Shown here: one piece after another, positions 53,832 to 63,093 of the stretch
How positions within the stretch are numbered: position 1 is the stretch's first letter
How the letters are laid out: each line of letters opens with the position of its first letter
Assembly: GCA_965215275.1 (NCBI GenBank)
Contig: OZ244044.1
Location: 384,001-448,000, forward strand
DNA from: Thermodesulfobacteriota bacterium
Lineage (GTDB): Bacteria > Desulfobacterota_D > UBA1144 > Nemesobacterales > JAJCZQ01
Reading direction: 5' to 3'
DNA: 64,000 bases
Notes under the pieces: model-generated
Told to the model about the DNA's origin: nothing
Seen by the model: the letters and a program-made list of their open reading frames with translations, nothing else
Databases searched by the model: none
Program-made: the position numbers and the translations under genes

Positions 53832-54434
53832 CTAATTGCGTTTAATAACCTTTCTACCCTCGATAGAGAGTTTGCCTTCACAGAAAAGCTGCACTGCCTG
53901 AGGAAATATCCTGTGTTCTTCCGTATGTATCTTACTGAGCAGAGAATCTTCAGTGTCATTATCCTCGACCGGCACGGCTGACTGCAGGATGATCGGTCCT
54001 GTATCCACGCCTTCATCAACGAAATGTACAGTGCATCCGGTAAGTTTCGCTCCATAATCAATGGCCTGTCTGGCAGCGTGCACTCCGGGAAAGGAAGGAA
54101 GAAGTGCCGGATGTATGTTAATAATACGGTTTTTAAACCTGCTGACAAAAAACGGGGTCAGTACCCTCATAAAACCCGCCAGAACGACAAGACCTGCTTC
54201 ATACTTCCGAAGCCTTGTGACTACCTGACGTTCAAACCCTTCCCTTGTGTCAAAATCCTTATGGTCCACAAGTTCGACGGGAATTCCATGCTTCTCTGCC
54301 CTCTTTACTGCATAGGCACCCGGATTGTTACAAACAAGCACGGCGATATTGGCCGCCTTTATATCAGCATCAATAATAGCTTGAAAATTAGTTCCAGACC
54401 CAGATGCAAGAACGGCAACGTTGATCCTCTGCAT
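53832..54434 (-). CDS. purN: Phosphoribosylglycinamide formyltransferase
   Basis: ASGSGTNFQA, LAGFMR, NIHPALLPSFPG and TVHFVDEGVDTGPII motifs. Confidence 0.97.
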   Translation of the reverse strand: MQRINVAVLASGSGTNFQAIIDADIKAANIAVLVCNNPGAYAVKRAEKHGIPVELVDHKDFDTREGFERQVVTRLRKYEAGLVVLAGFMRVLTPFFVSRFKNRIINIHPALLPSFPGVHAARQAIDYGAKLTGCTVHFVDEGVDTGPIILQSAVPVEDNDTEDSLLSKIHTEEHRIFPQAVQLFCEGKLSIEGRKVIKRN

Positions 54435-54525
54435 GGCATGTAATTCTATTACAGACAATCCAAAAAGCAAAAAGACGACTTAACTTGCCAGGACGATAAC
54501 TATAGTAAGAAGAGACAGGAAAGAA

Positions 54526-54641
54526 CCAAGGCAGCTTCCTACTTTCCCACTCCTGAAGAAGCAGTATCATCGGCCTGGAAAGGCTTAACTTCCGGGTTCG
54601 GGATGGTACCGGGTGTTTCCCTTTCAGCATTGCCACCAAGA
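54526..54641 (-). rRNA. rrf: 5S rRNA, unlinked
   Basis: CACCCGGTACCATCCCGAACCCGGAAGTTAAG and GCCGATGATACT...GTGGGAAAGTAGG; ends pair; upstream TTGACA-N16-TAAACT at 54652..54679. Confidence 0.95.
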
Positions 54642-54709
54642 TTCAGAAGTGAGTTTAACCCTTATTCCGAACTTGTCAATAAAAAAAGGGAAATTAGTTA
54701 ACCTGAACT

Positions 54710-56161
54710 TCAGGTATAGTTTTTCAACGTTGAGTTCCTGTGGATCTTTCTAAGCTTATCAATGGCCTTGACCTCTATCTGTCTGACCCTTTCCCGCGTT
54801 ACTTTGAATTTCCTTCCGACTTCCTCCAGTGTGTGCTGCTTCTGCTCGTCAAGTCCGAACCTCATCTTAACAACGGTTCCTTCTCTTGTGTTAAGTACCG
54901 CAAGGACGTCTTTTATCATCTGTTTCAATTCGCTCATTTCAAGTATGTCGATAGTGGACGACGTTCCAATGTCCTCCACGGAATCCAGCAGACTTTCCCT
55001 GTCTTCATTTGACGATGTATCGAGAGAGACCGGTTCTCTGCACACCTTGAGTATCTCGGAAACCTTTCCAACGGGCATATCGATCATTTCCGCTATCTCC
55101 TTGGACTTGGGTTCACGACCGTGCTGCTGCACAAAGATTCTTGAAGCCCTTACGACCTTATTGATATTCTCGTTCATATGCACGGGTATTCTTATGATCC
55201 TTGACTGATTTATCATAGAACGTGCAATTGCCTGCCTGATCCACCACGTGGCGTACGTGGAAAATTTATACCCTCTTTTATATTCGAACTTCTCCACGGC
55301 TCTCAACAGTCCTATATTACCCTCCTGGATCAGATCAAGGAACCTCAATCCAGCCGGATTTATATATCTTCTGGCTATATTTACAACAAGGCGCAAATTG
55401 GATTCGATCAGTTTACGCCCTGCCTCCTGCTTGATCCTTTTGCCTTTTTTTATTTTCTTCAGGGATCTTTTAAACAGGGAGCAGGCATCCGTATGGTCTT
55501 CAAGGTCCGTACCGTCAAATCTTTCCTTCAGTTCAAGGTTCGTTCTGACCGCGCTTATTATTTTTCTCAGCTGATGATTACTAAAATTGATCTTTATCAG
55601 ATTGGAAACTATCTCTGTTTCGTTCCTTGTCCTGGTCTCCTTGACAGAGGTCTTGCGACCGGCAGATCTTTTCTTTGTTATCTCGTTATCCAGTTCCCTG
55701 TTTTTAAGGTACAGTTCGGCTACTTTTGCAATGTTATCCCTCGTTCCATACAATATATCCTCGTTGGTCAGTTCACCGTCACCATCAAGATTCGCTGATT
55801 CGGAGAGTTTCAGGTCGCTGTCCCTGAACGTCTCGTCCAGACTGGCCACGTGTCTGAGTATGATCGGACATTCAACTATTGATCTTGCGATCATTCTCCT
55901 GCCTTTTTCCATCTCTTTTGCAATCCTTACCTCTTCTTCCCGAGAAAGCAGAGAATGTTTAGCTATATCACGCAAATAAGACCTGATGATCCCCTGTTCA
56001 GACAGGTCCACTGGCGAGTCCTTAGTAAGACCGGTCTCGCTCTGACCACTGGCAGCACCCTGGCCCTTGGAAACCTTTTCCGGGACCGAGGTACTTTCGT
56101 GAACGGTATCCTCGGAAAAGGGGTCCCGTTCACGTCCATTCCTTTTTATGCTCTTGCTCAA
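54710..56161 (-). CDS. rpoD: RNA polymerase sigma70 factor (RpoD-type)
   Basis: DLIQEGNIGL, GYKFSTYATWWIRQA and TLEEVG...VTRERVRQIE motifs; follows dnaG. Confidence 0.88.
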   Translation of the reverse strand: MSKSIKRNGRERDPFSEDTVHESTSVPEKVSKGQGAASGQSETGLTKDSPVDLSEQGIIRSYLRDIAKHSLLSREEEVRIAKEMEKGRRMIARSIVECPIILRHVASLDETFRDSDLKLSESANLDGDGELTNEDILYGTRDNIAKVAELYLKNRELDNEITKKRSAGRKTSVKETRTRNETEIVSNLIKINFSNHQLRKIISAVRTNLELKERFDGTDLEDHTDACSLFKRSLKKIKKGKRIKQEAGRKLIESNLRLVVNIARRYINPAGLRFLDLIQEGNIGLLRAVEKFEYKRGYKFSTYATWWIRQAIARSMINQSRIIRIPVHMNENINKVVRASRIFVQQHGREPKSKEIAEMIDMPVGKVSEILKVCREPVSLDTSSNEDRESLLDSVEDIGTSSTIDILEMSELKQMIKDVLAVLNTREGTVVKMRFGLDEQKQHTLEEVGRKFKVTRERVRQIEVKAIDKLRKIHRNSTLKNYT

Positions 56162-57948
56162 CTTATACTTTGACCCTCGTATAACTCTTTCTGAATAGTT
56201 TCCTTCTGCTCCAACAGGTCCCTGTAGACCTTCAGAGCATCTTTTTCATCCCCTGATGAACTGCTTTTTTCAATTTCCGTTCTTTGGAAAACAAGCTGGT
56301 CGTCTAATTTTCTCAGTTTTAAGCGTGCGATACATTCATAAAGCATCTCCTCCTCCTTACCTTTTAGATCATGAACTTCATCAGATAAAAATATCGCCCG
56401 TGATAATATGCGATTGGTCCGAGGTTCTTTAAAACTGTTCAAAAGGACCGAGGTGTCGTCAAACTTTTCAGAGATCATCTTATTTAATATCTTTTTAATA
56501 TTATCATCATTTATATGATGAAATACAAACTCCTCATCAATAAGGCCGATCATATGAGGATAATTCAGGCAGATCTTCAGGACCGTCATCTCATGGCCGT
56601 CCACTTCTTCCTGAACGTTTTTTTTCTGTTCTGATGATGAACCTCCTTTTCCGGTCTTCGTCATGGAGGACATCATGGAGTGCAGGTCGTTCTCTCTGAA
56701 ACCAAAACGGGATGAGGCTTTATGTATGAAGTCCGACCTGTTTATCTGATCGGTAATATTCTTTCCAAATTCAACCAGCTGCCCGGCTGCCTCCCTGCGG
56801 TCAAGTTCATTTTTCTTATATCGGCCGTACACGGCATCAATAATGTAATCGGTAACCCCCTGTGCATCTCTGATCAGGTCAGTTATGTGATCTGCTCCCT
56901 TTGCCTTTATAACGGTATCAGGATCAGAACCTTCCGGCATTTTAGCGATCCCGGCGTCCAAACCAGCCTGCAGCAGGGTCTCTGCTGACCTTACCGATGC
57001 CCTTAGTCCTGAACTGTCCCCGTCGTACAGTATGACCACGTTACCCGTATATCTTTTTAAATAGGAGGCATGATCCACTGTAAATGACGTACCTAGGTTC
57101 GCGACCACGTTCTTTATTCCCGAGGAATAAAGGGCCAGAAAATCCATATAACCTTCCACCAGAACCGCAAGGTTTTGCTTTTTTATATGATCTTTAGAGT
57201 AAAACAACCCGTAAAACGATCTTCTTTTTTTATACAGGCTTGATTCGCGGGAGTTAAGGTATTTAGGCTGATCGCTTTCACTTATCACCCTTCCACCAAA
57301 ACCTATTACGTCCCCATCAACGTCCCTGATGGGAAAGATTATCCTGTTGCGAAACGTATCATAGGATCTCTTGCCGTCCTTGCTTTTTATAAGTCCGAGT
57401 TCAAGTGGAACGTCCAGCAGGACCTTTTCATTTTTAAAACAGTTTAAAAGCCCGTCGTAGCCGTCCTTGGCAAATCCAAGCTGGAACTCCTTTGTAAGGT
57501 CTATATGTATACCTCTGCCTGCCAGATAATCCCTGGCTTTCTGGGAAGACCTGTCTTTCAGCAGATTGTCATGAAAGAATTTCAACGCACGTTCGTTGAT
57601 CTTTAACTGACCTGAACGCTTTGACCGATCACAGGTTTTTTCCGAATATTTTTCCTTGATCCTGATGTTCAGCCTTGAAGCAAGTTCATGCACCGCTTCT
57701 TTAAAGTCGACACCGTTACGGTCCATATGGAAACTTATTATATCGCCCCCGGCTCCACAGCTGAAACAGTGATAAAGACCCTTGTCATCATTGACATGGA
57801 ACGAAGGTTTTTTATCATCATGAAAAGGACAGAGACCAGTGTAACCATTTCCGGATCTTTTAAGAGAAGTGTAGTTTTCCACAAGGTCGGCCAGACTTAA
57901 CCTTCTTTTAATTTCTTCTACGGCAGATTCAAAAGAAGCCAGTTCCAT
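56158..57948 (-). CDS. dnaG: DNA primase
   Basis: CPFH...CFSC zinc finger, FGGR, PKYLNS, EGYMD and DGD motifs. Confidence 0.97.
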   Translation of the reverse strand: MELASFESAVEEIKRRLSLADLVENYTSLKRSGNGYTGLCPFHDDKKPSFHVNDDKGLYHCFSCGAGGDIISFHMDRNGVDFKEAVHELASRLNIRIKEKYSEKTCDRSKRSGQLKINERALKFFHDNLLKDRSSQKARDYLAGRGIHIDLTKEFQLGFAKDGYDGLLNCFKNEKVLLDVPLELGLIKSKDGKRSYDTFRNRIIFPIRDVDGDVIGFGGRVISESDQPKYLNSRESSLYKKRRSFYGLFYSKDHIKKQNLAVLVEGYMDFLALYSSGIKNVVANLGTSFTVDHASYLKRYTGNVVILYDGDSSGLRASVRSAETLLQAGLDAGIAKMPEGSDPDTVIKAKGADHITDLIRDAQGVTDYIIDAVYGRYKKNELDRREAAGQLVEFGKNITDQINRSDFIHKASSRFGFRENDLHSMMSSMTKTGKGGSSSEQKKNVQEEVDGHEMTVLKICLNYPHMIGLIDEEFVFHHINDDNIKKILNKMISEKFDDTSVLLNSFKEPRTNRILSRAIFLSDEVHDLKGKEEEMLYECIARLKLRKLDDQLVFQRTEIEKSSSSGDEKDALKVYRDLLEQKETIQKELYEGQSIS

Positions 57949-58022
57949 TAAAGTCCCCTGTAAAATAGTTTTTAGTTAAACTGCAGATAAATCCAGTTTA
58001 TATAGATTGCATGATCTTTTCG

Positions 58023-58214
58023 TCAGTTCCTGAAGTTTGATTTCGCCCGGCGCTTCTTGCTGGCGATCATCTTTTTCTTCCTCTTCTGACTGGGCTTTTC
58101 GTAATACTCTCTCCTTCTAACCTCGGAAAGAATACCACCTTTTTCAACCTGTCTCTTAAACCTCTTCAGAGCACTGTCTATACTTTCGTTCCTGCCTACG
58201 AATATTCCCGGCAT
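58023..58214 (-). CDS. rpsU: 30S ribosomal protein S21
   Basis: ALKRFKR...[19 protein letters not shown]. Confidence 0.97.
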   Translation of the reverse strand: MPGIFVGRNESIDSALKRFKRQVEKGGILSEVRRREYYEKPSQKRKKKMIASKKRRAKSNFRN

Positions 58215-58269
58215 AAATTAAAAACAACCTCCTGAAATTCCAATTTACTGTAATTAATCTAAAAAACAA

Positions 58270-58491
58270 TCAGGCTTTTGTCAAATCCTGATCATTATCA
58301 GTTTTAGAGAATACTCCGACCCTCTTCCTGTTGTAGTTTATCCGTGCCTGTATCTTTTCAGCATTTCTCTTCTCGTATTCGCCGTCGTACTCTTCTTCGT
58401 CCCCTCTGTGTTCCTCAAGCCTTTTTGTCCACGAATCCCTTTTTTTCCTTATATCATCGATCAATCCCATAACCGTCCTGCCCTTTATCAC
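58270..58491 (-). CDS. Small hypothetical protein
   Basis: 73-aa ORF overlapping the upstream stop (GTGA); no recognisable motif. Confidence 0.45.
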   Translation of the reverse strand: MIKGRTVMGLIDDIRKKRDSWTKRLEEHRGDEEEYDGEYEKRNAEKIQARINYNRKRVGVFSKTDNDQDLTKA

Positions 58492-59663
58492 ATAAACCGT
58501 TTTTGCTTTATCAGTTTACTTATAGGAAGAATATCAACCTCTTTTGATATATCGTCTAACTCCTCTCTCATCACCTCTATGGTCTGGGGATAAGTGTGAC
58601 ATATACCCACCGAGTAACCGTTCTTCTTTGCCTTTCTGACCAGTTTCCTGAGCTGCTTCCTGATGTAGTCCTTGCCTTTTCGCCTGTCGTCCAGGAATAT
58701 ATCCCTTCTTGCTGCGTTCATGCCAAGTTCCTTTGCAATGACGTACCCCTTTGAACCTGAGGTCGTCAGGCTGTCCACAAAGAACAGGTCTTTTTCCTTC
58801 AGTCTGGCAAGGACCAGACGCATCAGCTCATCATTCTGGGTAAATTTGGAACCCATGTGATTATTTACCCCCACGGCATTGGGCACGGAGGACAGATTGC
58901 GGTTCAGGATCGCAAGGATGTCTTTTTTTGTCTGACCCACGAGCAGAACGCCTTCTCCCGCGTCATCAGCAGTATAGCCCGAGTCGGTCCTTGGCTCCAT
59001 TGGCTGATGAAGAAGGACGTCCATGTTATTTTTTCCTGCCTGTCTGACCGCGTACCGACTGAACGGCCGATTTGGAAGTATGGCAAAGGTAAGGTTCTTT
59101 GAAATGTCTATCAGACTGTCCACTACGTGCTTATTGATCCCTACATCGTCAACTATGATCGATATCCTTGGTTTCCTGCCCGGGTCGTTCTCTCCGATAA
59201 AATCAAATATATGGGTGGTGTATCCGTCAATATTTATTTTCGAGGAATGGTAACCGCCTTCTGATCCGGTACTGAAAGACACGCCCTTAAGTTCCGTCAG
59301 CCGTTCAAAGGCCTTTCTGATCTCATCTTCAGAGTAACGCCTTTTCAGTTTTATACTCTGTTTTTTAACGTTCCACGTTACGCCATCTTTACCGTTCTCT
59401 TCAGTGGTCTCCTTTAAGATATCCCTGCTTGAGACGCTGAGTTTAAAAAGTACTTCGTACAATGAATCATCCACCCTGTTTATCCTGGAACCGAGGGACA
59501 GTTCATTGTTTAAATAATACATCCCGTACAAGAGTAATCCCGTCAGCACAACAAACCCGAGAACCACTGCTGTCAGCCTGGTACTTGAGGACTTTCTCCT
59601 TCTGCCCGTGGCACGTGGCCTGGAGGATCTGCCCGTGGTCCTTCTTGTGGTCTTTCTTGTCAA
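58488..59663 (-). CDS. Divergent polysaccharide deacetylase family protein
   Basis: IIVDDVG, LHQPMEP, NNHMGS, FVDSLT and RDIFLD motifs; N-terminal TM segment. Confidence 0.9.
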   Translation of the reverse strand: MTRKTTRRTTGRSSRPRATGRRRKSSSTRLTAVVLGFVVLTGLLLYGMYYLNNELSLGSRINRVDDSLYEVLFKLSVSSRDILKETTEENGKDGVTWNVKKQSIKLKRRYSEDEIRKAFERLTELKGVSFSTGSEGGYHSSKINIDGYTTHIFDFIGENDPGRKPRISIIVDDVGINKHVVDSLIDISKNLTFAILPNRPFSRYAVRQAGKNNMDVLLHQPMEPRTDSGYTADDAGEGVLLVGQTKKDILAILNRNLSSVPNAVGVNNHMGSKFTQNDELMRLVLARLKEKDLFFVDSLTTSGSKGYVIAKELGMNAARRDIFLDDRRKGKDYIRKQLRKLVRKAKKNGYSVGICHTYPQTIEVMREELDDISKEVDILPISKLIKQKRFM

Positions 59664-59688
59664 ACTGTTTTACCCTCTCGCATAAAAA

Positions 59689-60807
59689 CTAGTCTTTCCT
59701 GCTCATTATGTTCACAGCGGTTTCAAGCTGATCCTGTTTATTTACGTTCGTTACAAAGATATCAGGCGTTATACCGATGTTGTTTATAACGCTCCCGTTC
59801 GGCGTGTAGAATTTCGCGGTCGTGATCTTAACGCCCGAACCGTCACTTAATCCTATAATGGTCTGCACCGATCCCTTGCCAAAGGTCTTTTCCCCTACTA
59901 CCTTTGCAATCCCGTTGTCCCTAAGTGCTCCCGCCAGAACTTCTGATGCACTGGCACTGCCGTTGTTTACAAGCACGAACGTCTTTTTGGGAACTATATT
60001 TTTACCGGAACTTGCATAATAGTCCTTCGATTGCTCGGTGTTCCTGCCTTTTACCCTTACGATCAGTCCATCGTTGATAAAATCATCGGCTATCTCAACT
60101 GCCTGGTCCAGCAGCCCACCGGGATTATCCCTCAGGTCGATTATCAATCCCTGCAGGTCGTTACCGCTTTCACTGCTCAGCAGTTTGTAGGACCTCAGGA
60201 AATCCTCATGGGAGTTTTTCTGAAACTGTATGATCTTTATATAGGCGATATTGTACTGAAGCATCTTCTGCTTAATGCTTTCAAGCTTTATGTTCTCCCT
60301 TATCAGTTTATACGTCCTTGTTTCGTTGCTTAACGGCGAAAGGACCGTCAGACTTAACTTTGACTCCGCCGGACCCCTCAGGACCTTCACCACTTCGTAA
60401 GAGACCATCCCTTCCGTAAGCTTTCCATCAACGGATAATATTATATCCCCGGACTTGATCCCTGCCCTTGACGCAGGGGTGTTTTCAAGGGTGGAGACAA
60501 CGGTGAGCTGACCGTGTTTGTCAGTGACCTCCACTCCGATCCCGTTAAATTCACCGTACGCATCGATCTCAAGGTTCTTGAACTGCTCTGGACGGAGGTA
60601 TATCGAATAAGGGTCGAGGTTTTCGAGCATACCTCTGATCGCACTCTCCATCAGATCGGAAGAGTTCACATTATCAATGTAGTTGTTCTCGATCAGGTCA
60701 AGGACTTTCGTCAGATTGGACAGCCCCTTGTACGTGTCCTCGTCCGCGTTCGAACTCTGAACGGAAAACAGCAACAAAAACAATAACAGGATCAATCTTG
60801 CTCGCAT
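59689..60807 (-). CDS. ctpA: Carboxy-terminal processing protease (S41A, PDZ)
   Basis: LDPYS, DLRDNPGGLL, SASASE and TFGKGSVQ motifs. Confidence 0.92.
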   Translation of the reverse strand: MRARLILLLFLLLFSVQSSNADEDTYKGLSNLTKVLDLIENNYIDNVNSSDLMESAIRGMLENLDPYSIYLRPEQFKNLEIDAYGEFNGIGVEVTDKHGQLTVVSTLENTPASRAGIKSGDIILSVDGKLTEGMVSYEVVKVLRGPAESKLSLTVLSPLSNETRTYKLIRENIKLESIKQKMLQYNIAYIKIIQFQKNSHEDFLRSYKLLSSESGNDLQGLIIDLRDNPGGLLDQAVEIADDFINDGLIVRVKGRNTEQSKDYYASSGKNIVPKKTFVLVNNGSASASEVLAGALRDNGIAKVVGEKTFGKGSVQTIIGLSDGSGVKITTAKFYTPNGSVINNIGITPDIFVTNVNKQDQLETAVNIMSRKD

Positions 60808-60919
60808 TTTTCTTTATAAATAAAAAACTTCAATTACATTCAGCAATGTTTTTTGTGTTATACTACACCAGATTCATCAGTTAATATAATGAGTTTTATA
60901 TCTTATTGTAAATTTTTTA

Positions 60920-61138
60920 ATGGAACAGTTACTGCAAAACCTGTTGAAGACTTTCTTTGAAAGTTTTCAGACAAACATACCACGAATTTCAAAAGATTGC
61001 TTTATTTTGACCAGGGTATTGTTATACGCTGGGGCGATCTTTCTCTATTCGTTAACGTTTATCGTTCTGCTATCCATCGCTTTAATAATACTGATCATAG
61101 CCGCGCCCCTGTCACTGCTGCACAGATTTCTTTTTTAA
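60920..61138 (+). CDS. Small hydrophobic membrane protein
   Basis: 72-aa ORF with a long hydrophobic stretch upstream of uppS. Confidence 0.45.
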   Translation: MEQLLQNLLKTFFESFQTNIPRISKDCFILTRVLLYAGAIFLYSLTFIVLLSIALIILIIAAPLSLLHRFLF

Positions 61139-61185
61139 TACAGGGTCCGGGTCTGGTCCATTTTTACAGTCAGTTGAGAACGAAC

Positions 61186-61932
61186 ATGAGCAAAGCAATC
61201 GATGCCATAGACAAGAACAATATCCCGAATCACGTCGTGATAATAATGGACGGTAACGGGAGATGGGCCAAAAAGCACGATCTTGACAGGATCGTCGGAC
61301 ACAGGGAAGGAATGAAGTCGGTCAGCACAGTAGTAAAGACAGGCAAGGAGATCGGGATAAAATACATAACGCTCTTTGCCTTCTCCGCTCAGAACTGGAA
61401 CCGCTCCAGGAAGGAGGTCGACGCACTGATGGACCTTCTTAAGCACTTCCTGCTCCAGGAATATCCCAGACTGATCGAACAGGACATAAGGCTCAATGCC
61501 ATAGGAAGACTGGACCAGCTCCCGGAAGAAATACGCAAGATACTGAACCAGATAATGAAAAACACTGAAAAATGCAAGTCAATGGTCTTGACCCTGGCAT
61601 TGAGCTACGGAGGCAGGGAGGAGATAGTGGATGCCGTAAGATCAATAGTGCAACAAAGCTACAAACCTAACAGCATCAATGAAAAAACGGTGAACAGGCA
61701 CCTTTACACTTCCGACCTGCCTGACCCGGACCTTCTGATCAGAACGAGCGGAGAGATGAGGATCTCAAATTTCCTGCTGTGGCAGCTGGCTTACACGGAG
61801 ATATATATAACAAAGACCCTGTGGCCGAATTTTCAGAAAAGACATTTTATCAAGGCGATCGTCAATTACCAGAACAGAGAAAGAAGATTTGGACACTCTG
61901 AAAGTCAGATCAGGAAAAAGGACCAGGTTTGA
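61186..61932 (+). CDS. uppS: Undecaprenyl diphosphate synthase
   Basis: IMDGNGRWA, YGGREEI and DLLIRTSGEMRISNFLLWQ motifs; start reassigned to ATG 61186. Confidence 0.96.
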   Translation: MSKAIDAIDKNNIPNHVVIIMDGNGRWAKKHDLDRIVGHREGMKSVSTVVKTGKEIGIKYITLFAFSAQNWNRSRKEVDALMDLLKHFLLQEYPRLIEQDIRLNAIGRLDQLPEEIRKILNQIMKNTEKCKSMVLTLALSYGGREEIVDAVRSIVQQSYKPNSINEKTVNRHLYTSDLPDPDLLIRTSGEMRISNFLLWQLAYTEIYITKTLWPNFQKRHFIKAIVNYQNRERRFGHSESQIRKKDQV

Positions 61933-63077
61933 AAAAAATATCGATTCTCGGGTCAACGGGTTCGATCGGTACACAGGCCCTTGAAATAATAGATTCCTTT
62001 CCCGACAGATTTAAGGTCCTGGGTCTGTCCGCGGGAAGGAACATTCACCTGTTGAAAGAACAGGTGGACAAATACAGTCCCGAAGTCGTGGCAGTTGAAA
62101 ATGAGAAGCTCGCGGGAAAACTCGGTAAACTGCTGAAAGATAAAGACACGGAGGTCCTTTACGGTCAGGAAGGTTACACAGAACTTGCCCGCCTGCCGGA
62201 GGTCGATACCGTAATATCATCGATCGTAGGCTCGGCAGGACTGTTCCCGACCTTTGCCGCGATCAGCGCAGGTAAGGACATCTGCCTTGCCAACAAGGAA
62301 TCGCTCGTTATAGCAGGAGAACTGCTGATAAGGGAAGCTTCCGTATCAGGTTCAAGGATACTGCCCGTAGACAGTGAGCACAGTGCCATATTTCAGGCCC
62401 TGAACGGTTCCTGCATCAATGACGTAAAGAGGCTGATCATCACCGCTTCAGGAGGACCTTTCAGAAAAAAGCCAAAAGAAAAACTGAACGAGGTCACGGT
62501 GGAAAGCGCCTTAAGGCATCCCACGTGGAAGATGGGAAAAAAGATCACGATAGATTCCTCCACCCTGATAAACAAGGGTTTTGAACTGATAGAGGCAAGG
62601 TGGTTATTTAATGTGCCGGTCGGGTCCATTTCTATCTGGATACATCCGCAAAGTATAGTCCATTCACTGGTAGAGTTCATTGACGGTTCATTTATCTCCC
62701 AGCTAAGCCTCCCTGATATGAAGATACCCATATCCTACGCTCTCTCTTATCCGGAAAGACTGCCGATCCAGAAAACGACCTCAAAACCCGCTGACCTTAC
62801 GAACCTGACCTTTGAAGAAGTGGACCATGACAGGTTCCCGGCACTCAGACTTGCCATTGATGCAGCTAAAGAAGGCGGAACGATGCCCTGCGTTATGAAC
62901 GCGGCAAACGAAATAGCAGTGGAGGCTTTTCTGAACAAAAGGATAAATTACGTTGAGATCGCTCATATAATCGAAAAAGTTATGGAAATTCACAACAGAA
63001 AGGATATTCTTACGGTCCAGGACGCATTACGGTCCGACAAATGGGCACGCTCCCATGCCAAAAAGCTGATCAATTAG
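61929..63077 (+). CDS. dxr: 1-deoxy-D-xylulose 5-phosphate reductoisomerase
   Basis: LGSTGSIG, LANKES, PVDSEH, TASGGPF and HPTWKMGKKITIDS motifs. Confidence 0.97.
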   Translation: MKKISILGSTGSIGTQALEIIDSFPDRFKVLGLSAGRNIHLLKEQVDKYSPEVVAVENEKLAGKLGKLLKDKDTEVLYGQEGYTELARLPEVDTVISSIVGSAGLFPTFAAISAGKDICLANKESLVIAGELLIREASVSGSRILPVDSEHSAIFQALNGSCINDVKRLIITASGGPFRKKPKEKLNEVTVESALRHPTWKMGKKITIDSSTLINKGFELIEARWLFNVPVGSISIWIHPQSIVHSLVEFIDGSFISQLSLPDMKIPISYALSYPERLPIQKTTSKPADLTNLTFEEVDHDRFPALRLAIDAAKEGGTMPCVMNAANEIAVEAFLNKRINYVEIAHIIEKVMEIHNRKDILTVQDALRSDKWARSHAKKLIN

Positions 63078-63093
63078 GAGACAAAGGAACAGT

